DNA of 64,000 nt from an uncultured Acidimicrobiaceae bacterium (GCA_963851245.1 CAWKOH010000012.1:103322-167321); one strand, 5' to 3'. Shown: positions 46,793 through 56,405, counted from the stretch's first letter. Translations and numbers: made by a program. The notes: a model not told the origin generated them from the letters alone.

Positions 46793-46846
46793 TAGCTAGG
46801 GTGAAGTAAACCGGACCGTGGGAATTAAGCCCTCCAGCCCCGCGTA

Positions 46847-48447
46847 TCAAGCCGAGGCGAGCCGGGCTTCCTCCAGATCGAGGTCGTGCTCGATGGTGCG
46901 CAGGGTTGTGACGCCGATGCGCCCGTCGTTGCGCAGCGCCACCAGGGTCTGACGTTGCAGGGCGATGAGGTCCCGGCGGACGGTCAACTCGGACTGGGCG
47001 GTCGAGACTGCGTCGCTCTCGAGGTCTTCGTTGTCCGCCGAGGACTCCAGCCGGTGCAAACGGGCCAGGTACTGCGCCCGCAATCCGTCCGTGATCTCCT
47101 CCGGTAGCTCTCCACTCGTGCCCGTCTGGCCGATGTGATCAAGGGCGGCCTGGGTCAACTCGATCCGCGCCTGCCTTTCCGCCTCGGCCACAGAAGGATG
47201 CTCGCGGACGTGCAGCCATCGGACCAGCAAAGGCAGCGTCATGCCCTGACCGACCAGGGTCACGATGATCACCCCGAACCCGAGGTAGATGATGTCGTTG
47301 CGGCCGGCCAGGGGGTCGCCCGCCTTGGTTGTCGTGGGCACGGCGAGGAAGGCAGCCAGCGTGATGGCCCCCCGCATGCCCGACCAGCCGAGGATCAGCC
47401 GTTCCCGCCACCCGTTCTGGCTCCCTGGCGACCGGCCGGTCGGACGGCCTCTCCGCCCGGGTCGGATCGATCCAGCCGAACGCCCACATCCACACCAGGC
47501 GCAGCACGACGACGGCCGACACCACCGCCACGTCCGGTCAGCACCAGCCGGCCGAGCGGGCCCCGGGCCTGCACGCTGAAGGTATGGAATGACAGCCCGA
47601 CCAGTGACGAACAGGGCGGCGTTGACCAGGAAGACCAGGGTCTCCCAGAAGGCATTCGACTGCAGCCGGCTGCGGGCCGAGAAGGCCCCGCCGGTGTTGT
47701 GCCAGCCCAGGTAGAGCCCCGCTGTAACCGCCGCCAGGACCCCCGAGGCGTGGATCTCCTCGGCCGGGAGGTAAGCGACGTAGGCGAGGAGGATCGAACC
47801 GGCAATCTCCATCGGCGGGTCATCGATCCGGTTGCGCAACTACGCCCTATGAATCCGACCGCCAGCCCGATGGCGGCTCCGACCACCGTGGCGTAGACGA
47901 TGCTTCCAAGCGTGTGGATCACGGAGAACTCTCCCGTGGTGGCGGCGGTCACCGCCTCGGCGTACAGGACCAGCGCGGTGGCGTCGTTGAACAGCGCTTC
48001 GCCCTCCAGGATGGTGAGAAGGCGGCGGGGAAGGCCGATCCGCCTGGCCACACTGGTCGCGGCCGCGGCGTCGGTGGGGCCGACCGCGGTGCCGAGTACG
48101 AACGAGATGGGCCAGGGGAGATGGCCGACCCAGTGGGCCATCGCGGCTACCCCGAGGGCGGTGACGACGACAAGTAGTACGGCCAGGGTGCCGATGGAAC
48201 GGGCGTCGCGACGAAAAGCGGTCGGGGACGACGTGAGGGCGGCGTCGAAAACCAGCAGGGGGAGCAACCCCAGGAGCACGACTTCAGGGTGCAGCGAGAC
48301 GTCCGGGACAAACGGCAGAAACCCGATGATCAGTCCGGCCACGACCAGAACGACGGGCGCCGGGATCCCCACCCGGCGAAAACGGCCACGGCGAGCAGCG
48401 TCGACCGACGCCACGCACAGAACGATCAGGATCTGACCGGAGCTCAC
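46847..48447 (-). pseudogene. Na+/H+ antiporter (CPA1/NhaP type) with about four frame switches
   Basis: The homologous sequence jumps between all three minus frames. Frame 0 runs 48447 to ~47845 (..EGEALFNDATALVLY..GFIGR). Frame 1 carries RNRIDDPP..SGVLAAVTAGLYLG..LVFLVNAALFV. Frame 0 carries LVGLSFHTF. Frame 2 carries AVVSAVVVLRLVWMWAFGW. Frame 1 carries WRERLILGWSGMRGAITLAA.. through to the stop. Confidence 0.8.
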
Positions 48448-48512
48448 TCCGGAAATACTGCCCTCTGCCCGTACGGGCCGGCGCTCGGCGCGTCAGGTCG
48501 CGCCGGCAGAGG

Positions 48513-49763
48513 TCAGGATGAGCTTGAAACGGTCTTGCCCGGGATGACGGCGCCGCAGATAGGGTCGGCCCCGGACACCAGGTGGAAGGTGGTTCCCTGG
48601 TATTGGACCACGAAGTAGCAGTTGTCGGGCCCCGATACCTGGCCCCGCTGGTCCATGGCGAAGCTGACCGAGTGGCTGCCGTACAGGCCGGCCGCGTTGT
48701 AACTGGTGATGCCCAGCATGGCGTTGATGAAGGCCGACCGGGTCGGGTTTGAGCCCGCCGCCTTGAGCCCTTGCACGAAGGCGTCCACCGAGGTGTAGCC
48801 GTTGTACTCGGCGAAGGTCGGCAGACCGGTCACACCGGCGTAGGTCGACAGGGCGCTCTGCAAGTGCTGGGTTGCCGTGGTGTTCAACTCGACCGGCTGG
48901 TAAGCAGTGAGGAAGTACACCCCCTGGGCGGCCTGCTCGGCGCCCGGGCCGCCCGAGTTCAGGTCCCCGCCGTAGCCGGTCGCCAACAGGGGGGCCTTCA
49001 GATTGACTCCCTGCTGGCGCAGGCCGGTGATCATGGCGAACTCGGTGTTGGTCTCGATCGACCCGCTGAAAGCGTCGATCCCCGCTGACTTCATGGCCAG
49101 CACGGCCGGACCCACGTTGGTGCTACCGAACGGGAAGGAGGCATTGAGATAACCGACCTTCAGGCCGGCATCCTGGGCGGACAGGGCGATAGCTTTGGCG
49201 GACTGCGACGAGGACGGAGAGATGTTGTAGCCCACCGACCCCAGGTTGGTGGCCCCGACCAGCTTGTAGAACAGGCCGAACTGGCTGTAGACCTTCGAGT
49301 AGTCCTGGGTGCCGATGACCGAGAACATGTTGCGGTCGGTGATCCACTCGGTGGAATCGATGGCCGCCCCGACGACGGGAACCCCCTGCGACGCCAGGTA
49401 GGGAGCGGCCGAGAAGAGCAGGGCAGAGCTGGCCAGCACGGCGAAAACATGATCCTGCTCGACCAGCTTCTTGGCCCCCGATAGGGCCTGGGCGGGCGAC
49501 GAGCCGGTGTCGACCACGTCGTATTTGATGTTGTAGCCGTCCTTGGCCGCCACCCCCACGCCCGCCTTGATGCCCTTCGGGAAAGTGACCGAGTTCGTAG
49601 ACGCGATCCCGGTCAGGTCGGTCAGCACCCCGACCGTGATGGTCTTGCCGCCGCCCGAACTGGACGATCCGCCGCCGGAAGACTTCGACGAGCTGTTGCA
49701 TGCAGCTGCGACCATGAGCATCACGGCTGCAACCGCGACTGCCGCCCTACCGCTCTTACCCAT
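48513..49763 (-). CDS. ABC transporter substrate-binding lipoprotein (branched-chain amino acid / Peripla_BP_6 type)
   Basis: ATG 49763 follows GGGGGAGG. It has a signal peptide plus lipobox (MLMVAAAC), then ITVGVLTDLTG...VVDTGSSPAQA. No permease or ATPase gene is adjacent. Confidence 0.85.
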   Translation of the reverse strand: MGKSGRAAVAVAAVMLMVAAACNSSSKSSGGGSSSSGGGKTITVGVLTDLTGIASTNSVTFPKGIKAGVGVAAKDGYNIKYDVVDTGSSPAQALSGAKKLVEQDHVFAVLASSALLFSAAPYLASQGVPVVGAAIDSTEWITDRNMFSVIGTQDYSKVYSQFGLFYKLVGATNLGSVGYNISPSSSQSAKAIALSAQDAGLKVGYLNASFPFGSTNVGPAVLAMKSAGIDAFSGSIETNTEFAMITGLRQQGVNLKAPLLATGYGGDLNSGGPGAEQAAQGVYFLTAYQPVELNTTATQHLQSALSTYAGVTGLPTFAEYNGYTSVDAFVQGLKAAGSNPTRSAFINAMLGITSYNAAGLYGSHSVSFAMDQRGQVSGPDNCYFVVQYQGTTFHLVSGADPICGAVIPGKTVSSSS

Positions 49764-49877
49764 AACGCCTCCCCCTTGAAGGTCGAGTGAGGCTACCTCA
49801 CGGACGCTCCATTGACAACTCCTTGACACAACTCCTTGACACTCTGTGAGCGCGCACGCGGGGCCTGACACGACGAA

Positions 49878-49898
49878 GCCCCATCGCAAAGATGGGGC
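49878..49898 (-). terminator. Stem-loop (8-bp GC-rich stem, 5-nt loop) just 3' of tRNA-Pro
   Basis: GCCCCATC-gcaaa-GATGGGGC. On the minus strand it starts 6 nt after the tRNA CCA end and is followed by UUCGUCG (a weak U tract). Confidence 0.45.
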
Positions 49899-49904
49899 CT
49901 GACC

Positions 49905-49982
49905 TGGTCGGGAAGGCGGGATTTGAACCCGCGGCCTCAGCGTCCCGAACGCTGCGCGCTAACCAAGCTGCGCTACTTCCCG
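49905..49982 (-). tRNA. tRNA-Pro (anticodon CGG), CCA encoded
   Basis: I folded the minus-strand sequence CGGGAAGTAGCGCAGCTTGGTTAGCGCGCAGCGTTCGGGACGCTGAGGCCGCGGGTTCAAATCCCGCCTTCCCGACCA by hand. It gives a 7-bp acceptor stem, a GCGC D-stem, a CAGCG/CGCTG anticodon stem with loop TTCGGGA, and a GCGGG/CCCGC T-arm with TTCAAAT. Confidence 0.93.
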
Positions 49983-49994
49983 GTCCGGGGGAGT

Positions 49995-50417
49995 CTAGTT
50001 GAACGGTACCGCCACGGGCTCTGGGGTGAAGCTGGCGTCGTGCCAGCTACCGCCGGCCAGGAGGGCGCTGACGGCTTTGCGCAGCCGGATCGGATCGAGC
50101 GGCTTGATGATCCAACCTTCGGCTCCGCTCCGGCGGGCCAAGAACACATCGGGGCGACGGTCCAGCACCAGTAACACCGGGCGCGGCTCGATCCGCCCGG
50201 CATCAGATTCGAGTCGCAGGTCGAGGCAGACGGCGATCCCTCCCATGGTCCCGATCTGCATGTCCACGATGGCCAGGTCGGCGGGCCGAAGGTTCATCTC
50301 GTCCCGGACCGCCTCGCCCCGTCGGATCCACCGGACGGTGGTATCGGGGCCTTCGACGACCGACCGGATCTCCTCGTAGATATGGGCGGCATCGGCAGCG
50401 ATCAGGATTTCCGGCAC
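49995..50417 (-). CDS. Stand-alone response-regulator receiver domain protein (start uncertain)
   Basis: Contains ILIAADAA..., DLAIVDMQIGTMGG (phospho-Asp context) and GWIIKPLDP (conserved K-P). GTG 50417 is the first start that does not overlap the divergent STAS gene. Confidence 0.7.
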   Translation of the reverse strand: MPEILIAADAAHIYEEIRSVVEGPDTTVRWIRRGEAVRDEMNLRPADLAIVDMQIGTMGGIAVCLDLRLESDAGRIEPRPVLLVLDRRPDVFLARRSGAEGWIIKPLDPIRLRKAVSALLAGGSWHDASFTPEPVAVPFN

Positions 50418-50489
50418 GGGCTGCAGGGTAGCCTCGCCTCGCCAATGGGTACCATCCTTGCGTGGCCTAATGGTGGCCTGGGAGGTTCC

Positions 50490-50846
50490 GTGCTCACAAT
50501 CCATCAGGACGAGACGCCGGAAGGGTTTCTCATCTGCCGGCCGGTAGGGGAGCTCGATGCCTTCACGGTGAGCCAGTTCCGTCAGGCGCTGGCGGAGCTC
50601 GCCTCGAGCAAGCGCCTGGTCATCGACATGTCCGGGATCCCGTTCGTGGACTCGGCCGGTCTGGGCGCTCTCATCGGAGGGATCCGCCGGACTCGCGAAT
50701 TGGGCGGCGACGTGGCCGTGGCCTGTGATCGCCCCACCCTGGTCCGCCTGCTCCGGACCACCGGCTTTGACCGCATCGTCACCGTTGCCGAGACTGTCGA
50801 CGAGGCCATCGCCGCCCTGGCCAAGGACCTGGAGCCCGAGGTCTAG
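50490..50846 (+). CDS. STAS domain anti-sigma-factor antagonist
   Basis: GTG 50490 follows GGAGG. Contains GELDAFTVSQFRQAL...LVIDMSGIPFVDSAGLGALIG...LLRTTGFDRIV. Confidence 0.85.
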   Translation: MLTIHQDETPEGFLICRPVGELDAFTVSQFRQALAELASSKRLVIDMSGIPFVDSAGLGALIGGIRRTRELGGDVAVACDRPTLVRLLRTTGFDRIVTVAETVDEAIAALAKDLEPEV

Positions 50847-51958
50847 GGCGCTAAGCGGGGTGGACGTGGCCCGGGCGTGGTGTCGAACAGCCACCGCCCC
50901 ACGGCGCCCAACCCGGCCAGATCGTGGATGTCATCCGACAAGAAAGGCACCCGGATGATCGGCGCCCCCGGCAGGCGGCTGGCCAGAGCCACGACGTGCT
51001 GTTCTTCCCGGGTCGCCACATTGTCCAGGTCACGCAAATTGGTCAACAGTGCGTCGACCCCGGGGGACGCCGCCAACCCGGGATCCAGCCCCTCCGGCAC
51101 CGGTCCGAAGTAAGGGAACATGCGGTTGACGACGAGCGCCTCCACTCGCTCGGACGACTGATGCAGGCGGTCGGCGAAGTAGATCGCTTCCTCCACCGCG
51201 TCGCGGCGGGGAGCGGCGATGACCACGAAGGCTGTCTGGGGATCGGCCAGGAGCTGCTGCACCCTCGTGGCCCGGTCTCGAAAGCCCTGCTCCATGCCCT
51301 CGAAGGCGCTGAAGAACGCCATGGCGTCCGCTACTACGGCGCCGCCGACGACCTTTGAGATGGTTCGCAGGAACGTCTGGGAGGCCATTCCGATGGCCCG
51401 CAGGCCGGCCCGGGTCGGGAGCATCAGCAGCCGGAAGATCCTGTTGTTGAGGAACCTGAGTAACCGGTCAGGAGCGTCGAGGAACTCCAACGCATGCCGG
51501 GTCGGAGGCGTGTCCACCACGACGAGGTCGAACCGCCCCTCGCTGTGGAGTTCGTACAGCTTCTCCATCGCCATGTATTCCTGAGTGCCACCGAGGGCTC
51601 CCGAGATGTTTCGGTACAAGCGATTGTCGAGGATGGCCTTGGCTTGCTCATCCGATCCGGCATTGCGGCGGACCACATCGTCGAAGGTGGTCTTGGTGTC
51701 GAGCATCAGGGCCCACAGCTCGCCCCCATCTGACAGCGAGTCTTCGAGGTCGACCTTATGTGGCTCGTTCGTCAATGCTTCCAGGCCCAGCGCGTCAGCC
51801 AGGCGCTTGGCGGGATCGATGGTCACGACGCAGGCCCGCCGCCCCAGCCGCGCTCCTTCCAGAGCGATGGCTGCCGCGGAAGTGGTCTTGCCCACTCCGC
51901 CCGGGCCGGCGCAGATGATGGTCTGCCCCTCGAGGGCGACCCTGGAGAGCGCGCTCAC
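50843..51958 (-). CDS. ArsA/Get3-like ATPase
   Basis: Deviant Walker A CAGPGGVGKTTSAAA, then DPAKRLADALG and VVVDTPPTRHAL. Confidence 0.85.
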   Translation of the reverse strand: MSALSRVALEGQTIICAGPGGVGKTTSAAAIALEGARLGRRACVVTIDPAKRLADALGLEALTNEPHKVDLEDSLSDGGELWALMLDTKTTFDDVVRRNAGSDEQAKAILDNRLYRNISGALGGTQEYMAMEKLYELHSEGRFDLVVVDTPPTRHALEFLDAPDRLLRFLNNRIFRLLMLPTRAGLRAIGMASQTFLRTISKVVGGAVVADAMAFFSAFEGMEQGFRDRATRVQQLLADPQTAFVVIAAPRRDAVEEAIYFADRLHQSSERVEALVVNRMFPYFGPVPEGLDPGLAASPGVDALLTNLRDLDNVATREEQHVVALASRLPGAPIIRVPFLSDDIHDLAGLGAVGRWLFDTTPGPRPPRLAP

Positions 51959-52992
51959 GCCGTCGGCCCTTCCAATTGGTCGCCGAGGGATCCCGCCAGC
52001 GTGATCATCTCGGGCCGCCCGAGTTCTGTTGTGAAGATGTAGGGGATTCTCACCTGCACCAGGGGGAGCACGTTGGCCAGCCGGGCGACCTGGGCATCTT
52101 GGAGTTGCTGGCGCAGGCGTCGGAACTCGGCTGCCCGGCTCAACGCCTCGACGTCAGCCTTCGCGGGCGGGGCGCCGCCCGCGCTCAGCGCCCCGGCCGC
52201 GTCGAGGGGGAGGTCCAGCCGGGGCCACAAGCCGTTCACGACGATCGGAGCCAGCTTGACGCCGGTCCGGTCCTCGAGGTGGAAGGCGGTATCAGCGGCC
52301 TCGTTGACGGGCGTCTCCTCGGGGAGGGTCACAAGCATCACCTGACACCGCTCGGGGTCGGACAAGAGCGCGACGACGTCCGCCGCCTGCGTGCGAATGG
52401 GTCCGACAGCGGCGGCGTCGAGGAGGCCGAAGGCGCTGGCGAGGAACGACACCGCGTGGCCCGCCGCCGGAGCATCGACCACGATGAACTCGGGCGCCCC
52501 GGGGGCTCCTGACGCGCTCGATGTTTCCAGCTGCTTGACCTTGCCCAGCACCAGGATGTCCTTGATGCCCGGAACTGCGGTGGCGACCACGTCGAGGGTT
52601 CCGGTCGCCGCCAGCCGTTTGGAGAGTCGGCCCAAGCCGTGACCGTCGAGGTACTCGACCAGGGCGTCGTCCGGCGTCAGCGTCCTCGCCCGGAGCCGGG
52701 CCGAGCCCGGCCCGGCTTGCCCCGGCTCGGACAGCACTATCTCCTGATAGCCAAGCTGCTCGTCGCGGTCGAACAACGCCGTCAATCCGCTCTTGCCTTC
52801 GACCTCCACGATCAGCGTGTCGATTCCGGACGCGGCGGCGTGATAGCCGAGGGCTGCGCTTACGGTGGTCTTGCCGACCCCGCCCTTGCCAGCCACGATC
52901 ATCACCCGCGCCGGCGGGCGGAACGGTGTCGGATCCACGTCCTTCCCAGTTGTCACTGCGGAGTCGAGAAGCCCGAAGTTCATGCCCCTCAA
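51955..52992 (-). CDS. ArsA/Get3-like ATPase (second paralogue, GTGA-coupled to the first)
   Basis: Contains VAGKGGVGKTTVSAAL and FIVVDAPAAGHAVSFL. The start is uncertain (TTG 52992 or ATG 52983). Confidence 0.82.
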   Translation of the reverse strand: MRGMNFGLLDSAVTTGKDVDPTPFRPPARVMIVAGKGGVGKTTVSAALGYHAAASGIDTLIVEVEGKSGLTALFDRDEQLGYQEIVLSEPGQAGPGSARLRARTLTPDDALVEYLDGHGLGRLSKRLAATGTLDVVATAVPGIKDILVLGKVKQLETSSASGAPGAPEFIVVDAPAAGHAVSFLASAFGLLDAAAVGPIRTQAADVVALLSDPERCQVMLVTLPEETPVNEAADTAFHLEDRTGVKLAPIVVNGLWPRLDLPLDAAGALSAGGAPPAKADVEALSRAAEFRRLRQQLQDAQVARLANVLPLVQVRIPYIFTTELGRPEMITLAGSLGDQLEGPTA

Positions 52993-53146
52993 GCTGACGC
53001 TCAGGTTACTCAGACCTCGCCCTGATGGCAGCAGATGGGAAAGTGCTGGTCAGAACGGGTGGGAATCGAAGATTGCCCCTTGTCGTACGGGGACGGTGGG
53101 GAGTACGTTTCCACTTGACAGCTAGATTCCTTAGGGGGGATCGAAA

Positions 53147-53401
53147 GTGAGTGTGCTGCACGCAGAGGAGCTCTGGCAAGCTAAGGCGGCTTGTCGCGGT
53201 CCGCAGACCTCATTGTTTTTCCCGCCATCTCACTTCGAGCGCAAGGACGACAAAGAGCTTCGGGAATCCCGAGCCAAGGCCATCTGTGCCACCTGCCCGG
53301 TGAAGAGATCCTGCCTGGAGTACGCCGTGAGGATCAAGGAGCCCCACGGCATCTGGGGCGGCCTGAACGAAGTGGAGCGCCGCTCCCTGCTCCCCCACTG
53401 A
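53147..53401 (+). CDS. whiB: WhiB family transcriptional regulator (4Fe-4S)
   Basis: Has C-x(n)-C-x2-C-x5-C (AACRG...CATCPVKRSC) and GIWGG. GTG 53147 follows GGGGGGA. Confidence 0.92.
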   Translation: MSVLHAEELWQAKAACRGPQTSLFFPPSHFERKDDKELRESRAKAICATCPVKRSCLEYAVRIKEPHGIWGGLNEVERRSLLPH

Positions 53402-53554
53402 CCCGACTTCTGCCGGTCCGCCGGCAACACGTCTGCGGCTGGAACGCCCGGTAATCTGCCGGAGATGCAGCACTCAGCGTGGCGCACCCCCGAGGCCGGT
53501 GGTTGGCTGCCCCTGCCCCCCGTCGTGCGCGTCCCGACCGGCTAGCCCAACTCG

Positions 53555-53875
53555 ATGACCTGGCTGGCAGTTTGCCGGCGGCGGGAGATCCCCTCGGATC
53601 GAGGCTGGCCGGTCCGAATAGGAGAGAAGTACATCGCCGTCTTCGAGGTCGACGGCGAACTCCGGGCGATCGACAACCAGTGCCTGCATGTCGGCAACCC
53701 GCTCGACGACGGCGCCGTCATCGACGGCTGCGTCGTCTGTCCGTGGCACGGCTGGCGCTACGACCTGAAGACCGGTGAGCATCTGACCATGTTCGGCCGG
53801 CGCCGGGGGGTGAAGACCTATCCGGTGCGGGTCGAGGGTGACGAGGTGTTTGTGCAGGTGGACGAAGGTTTCTGA
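53555..53875 (+). CDS. Rieske (2Fe-2S) domain protein (NirD-like small subunit type)
   Basis: Contains CLHVG...CPWHGWRYDLKTG. Confidence 0.85.
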   Translation: MTWLAVCRRREIPSDRGWPVRIGEKYIAVFEVDGELRAIDNQCLHVGNPLDDGAVIDGCVVCPWHGWRYDLKTGEHLTMFGRRRGVKTYPVRVEGDEVFVQVDEGF

Positions 53876-53947
53876 GTTTGGAAAACGGCGGCCGCAGCGC
53901 CCCTGGCCCCAATCGCGGGGGGTCCATGCGCGAAGCTGGAATCGCAC

Positions 53948-56284
53948 ATGAGACTGCTGTGGCGGATCGTCAAGATGATCTTCGGCTCGCTGTTCTTGGC
54001 GATCGTGACCTTCGTCGGCGCGCCCGCCGCGTTCGCCGCGACCGTCCTGGCGGGCCTGATCTTCCTGCCGCTGCCGGCGACCATCCCCATTCCCAAACCC
54101 AACCCGATCATCGAGCCCACGATCATCTACGACCGGTACGGGAACCAGATAGCCACCCTGCAGCAGTTCGACCGCAACCTTCCGGTGACCGAGTCGGAGA
54201 TCCCTCAGGTGCTCAAGGAAGCGGTGATCGCCGACGAGGACCGCAACTACTACCACCACGGCGGTGTCGACCTCAGGGGAACGTTGAGAGCCATCTGGGC
54301 CGATGTGCGCAACCACGCCACTGTCCAGGGCGGGTCGACCATCACGCAGCAGTACGTGAAGCTGGCCTTCACCAACTCCAGCCACAGCCTGGTGAGAAAG
54401 GTGCGGGAGGCAATACTGGCGAGCCAGCTATCCCGCGAGGCCAGTAAGGACGAGATCCTCTATCGGTACCTGACTCTCATCTACCTCGGGGACGGCAACA
54501 CCGGTGTCGCGGCCGCCGCCGAGACCTATTTTCACGAGCCGGTCAGCAGTCTCGACGCCTCCCAGGCCGCCACCTTGGCCGGCCTCGTCCCCGCCCCTAC
54601 TGCCCGGGCGCCCGAGGAGCACCTGGCCACGGCCGAGGAGTTCCGCGAGTTGGTGCTCAAGAAGATGTATCAGCAGGGCTACCTGTCGAACGCCCAGTAC
54701 CAGCAGGCACTCAGTGAGAAGCTGGCGCTGGTTGGCGGGGGCAGGCCGATTCCGAAGGGCGCCACTCTGATCTATCCGGAGACCGCTGGCCCCACCAAGT
54801 ACCCGGACTTCGTCGACTACGTGGTCGACTGGTTGGAGCAGCACTACCCCGACTCGGAGATTTACGGAGGCGGGTTGCGCATACAGACCACGCTCGATCC
54901 GGCCGTGCAGAACGCCGCGACCGCGGCCGTTCAAGCCACCCTGTCCGGCTCGGCGTATCCAGTTGACATGGCCCTGGCCGCAGTCGAGCCCCAAACCGGC
55001 TTCGTGCCGGCTCTGGTGGGGGGTCGGGACTTCGGAGTCACCGGGCCGGACTCGCAGGTGAACCTGGCCCTGGGTGGCTGCGTCCCCGAGCCGGCCAAAG
55101 GGTCGGCGGTGGCGGTACCGGCCAGTTGCTGGTCCGGAAACGGAATGATTGAAGGGGGGGGAAGCGGACGCCAGCCGGGCTCGGCGTGGAAGCCCTTCGT
55201 CCTGGCGACGGCGTTTGAGCAGGGCATACCGCCTTCGACCGCCTACCAGGCTCCGGGCGTGTACCAGATCCCGGGATGCAAGGTCCCCGCCGGCCGCCCG
55301 GCCACCTACTGCCAGGTGCACAATGACGAGGGGGACAGCCCCATCGGCACCGAATCTTTGGCAGAGGCGACGTGGCAGTCCACCAACACCGTCTACGCCC
55401 AGGTGGCGCCACAGGTTGGCTGCCCGAACGTGGCCAAGACGGCGAAGGCCCTCGGCGTGCAGACGTCGTACTACTCGACCCCGCCCTTCTACTACTGCTC
55501 GACCTATGCCCTCGGTGAGCTGGGCGTGTCGCCCCTCAACATGGCCTCGGCCTACGGGGTGTTCGCTGACCACGGCCAGGAGGCGCAGCCGACCCCGATC
55601 CTGGAGATAGTCGACTCTCAGGGCAAGGTCCTGTTGAACAACATCAAGCCCCTGCCCAAGACCACCGCCGCGATCCCGGCCAACGTGGCTGACAACGTGA
55701 CCAACGTGCTGCAGGGGGTCATTTCCAGCGGGACCGGTACGGCGGCGCAGCTCGGGCGGCCCGCCGCCGGCAAGACGGGTACCACCAGCAACAACACCGA
55801 CGCCTGGTTCGTGGGCTATACGCCGACCCTGTCAGCCGCGGTGTGGATGGGTAACGCCAACAGCGACGCCACCTCGTTGGGTGCGGTCACGGGCCATCTG
55901 CTCGATGGGCAGGAGGAGACGGTCGACCAGGTCTACGGTGGGACCTGGCCCGCCATCACGTGGCAGGAGTTCATGTCGGCTGCCCTGGCTCACGTCCCCG
56001 CCACCTCCTTCGCCTCCCCGGCCCCGATCGTGACGCCTCAGGCGGCGGCTGCGCTCCGGGCCCGCACCCCGCCCACGACCGAGGGCATCCAACCGGGCCC
56101 GGCCAACCCGACCCAGCCGGCGCCCCTCGGCGGGCCCTATACCAACACCCCGCCGACCCCCCCGGTTCCGCCTCCGCCGGCCACCACGACCACCACCACG
56201 GTCCCGGCTAACCGATCGACGAGCACCACATCCACTACCAGTGTCCCCGGCGGCGGGGGAGGGGGTGGGGGCCCCGGCGGCTGA
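53948..56284 (+). CDS. ponA: Class A penicillin-binding protein (transglycosylase + transpeptidase), Pro/Thr/Gly-rich tail
   Basis: It has an N-terminal TM. GT51 motifs: AVIADEDRNYYHHGG, GGSTITQQYVK. TP motifs: SAWKPF (SxxK) and KTGTT. Confidence 0.92.
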   Translation: MRLLWRIVKMIFGSLFLAIVTFVGAPAAFAATVLAGLIFLPLPATIPIPKPNPIIEPTIIYDRYGNQIATLQQFDRNLPVTESEIPQVLKEAVIADEDRNYYHHGGVDLRGTLRAIWADVRNHATVQGGSTITQQYVKLAFTNSSHSLVRKVREAILASQLSREASKDEILYRYLTLIYLGDGNTGVAAAAETYFHEPVSSLDASQAATLAGLVPAPTARAPEEHLATAEEFRELVLKKMYQQGYLSNAQYQQALSEKLALVGGGRPIPKGATLIYPETAGPTKYPDFVDYVVDWLEQHYPDSEIYGGGLRIQTTLDPAVQNAATAAVQATLSGSAYPVDMALAAVEPQTGFVPALVGGRDFGVTGPDSQVNLALGGCVPEPAKGSAVAVPASCWSGNGMIEGGGSGRQPGSAWKPFVLATAFEQGIPPSTAYQAPGVYQIPGCKVPAGRPATYCQVHNDEGDSPIGTESLAEATWQSTNTVYAQVAPQVGCPNVAKTAKALGVQTSYYSTPPFYYCSTYALGELGVSPLNMASAYGVFADHGQEAQPTPILEIVDSQGKVLLNNIKPLPKTTAAIPANVADNVTNVLQGVISSGTGTAAQLGRPAAGKTGTTSNNTDAWFVGYTPTLSAAVWMGNANSDATSLGAVTGHLLDGQEETVDQVYGGTWPAITWQEFMSAALAHVPATSFASPAPIVTPQAAAALRARTPPTTEGIQPGPANPTQPAPLGGPYTNTPPTPPVPPPPATTTTTTVPANRSTSTTSTTSVPGGGGGGGGPGG

Positions 56285-56286
56285 GA

Positions 56287-56350
56287 GGGCGGCGGCACGA
56301 CGGGGCGGCGGCACGACGGGGCGGCGGCTCGACGGGGCGGCGGCTCGAAC
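56287..56350. repeat. Tandem repeat, 4 x 16 bp (GGGCGGCGGCACGACG), immediately after the ponA stop
   Basis: Units are at 56287, 56303, 56319 and 56335. Units 3-4 carry A>T, and the last ends AAC. Confidence 0.9.
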
Positions 56351-56382
56351 ATTCTGGGTCCCGTCTGGCTATCTGGGACGAC

Positions 56383-56405
56383 TTGTACCGCCTATAGCGG
56401 TACAA
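56383..56405. terminator. Hairpin TTGTACCGC-ctata-GCGGTACAA between the convergent genes ponA and 56553..56936
   Basis: 9-bp perfect stem with a 5-nt loop. There is no clear U tract on either strand. Confidence 0.35.

Noticed and set aside
49905-50900. A tRNA-Pro-flanked genomic island or integrative element.
   Set aside because: No integrase, excisionase or direct repeat of the tRNA 3' end is seen on either side. Neighbouring genes have the same composition as the rest of the window.
53100-53146. TTGACA hexamer upstream of whiB as a -35 promoter element.
   Set aside because: No convincing -10 hexamer lies at 16-19 nt spacing, and I cannot support a promoter call from one hexamer.
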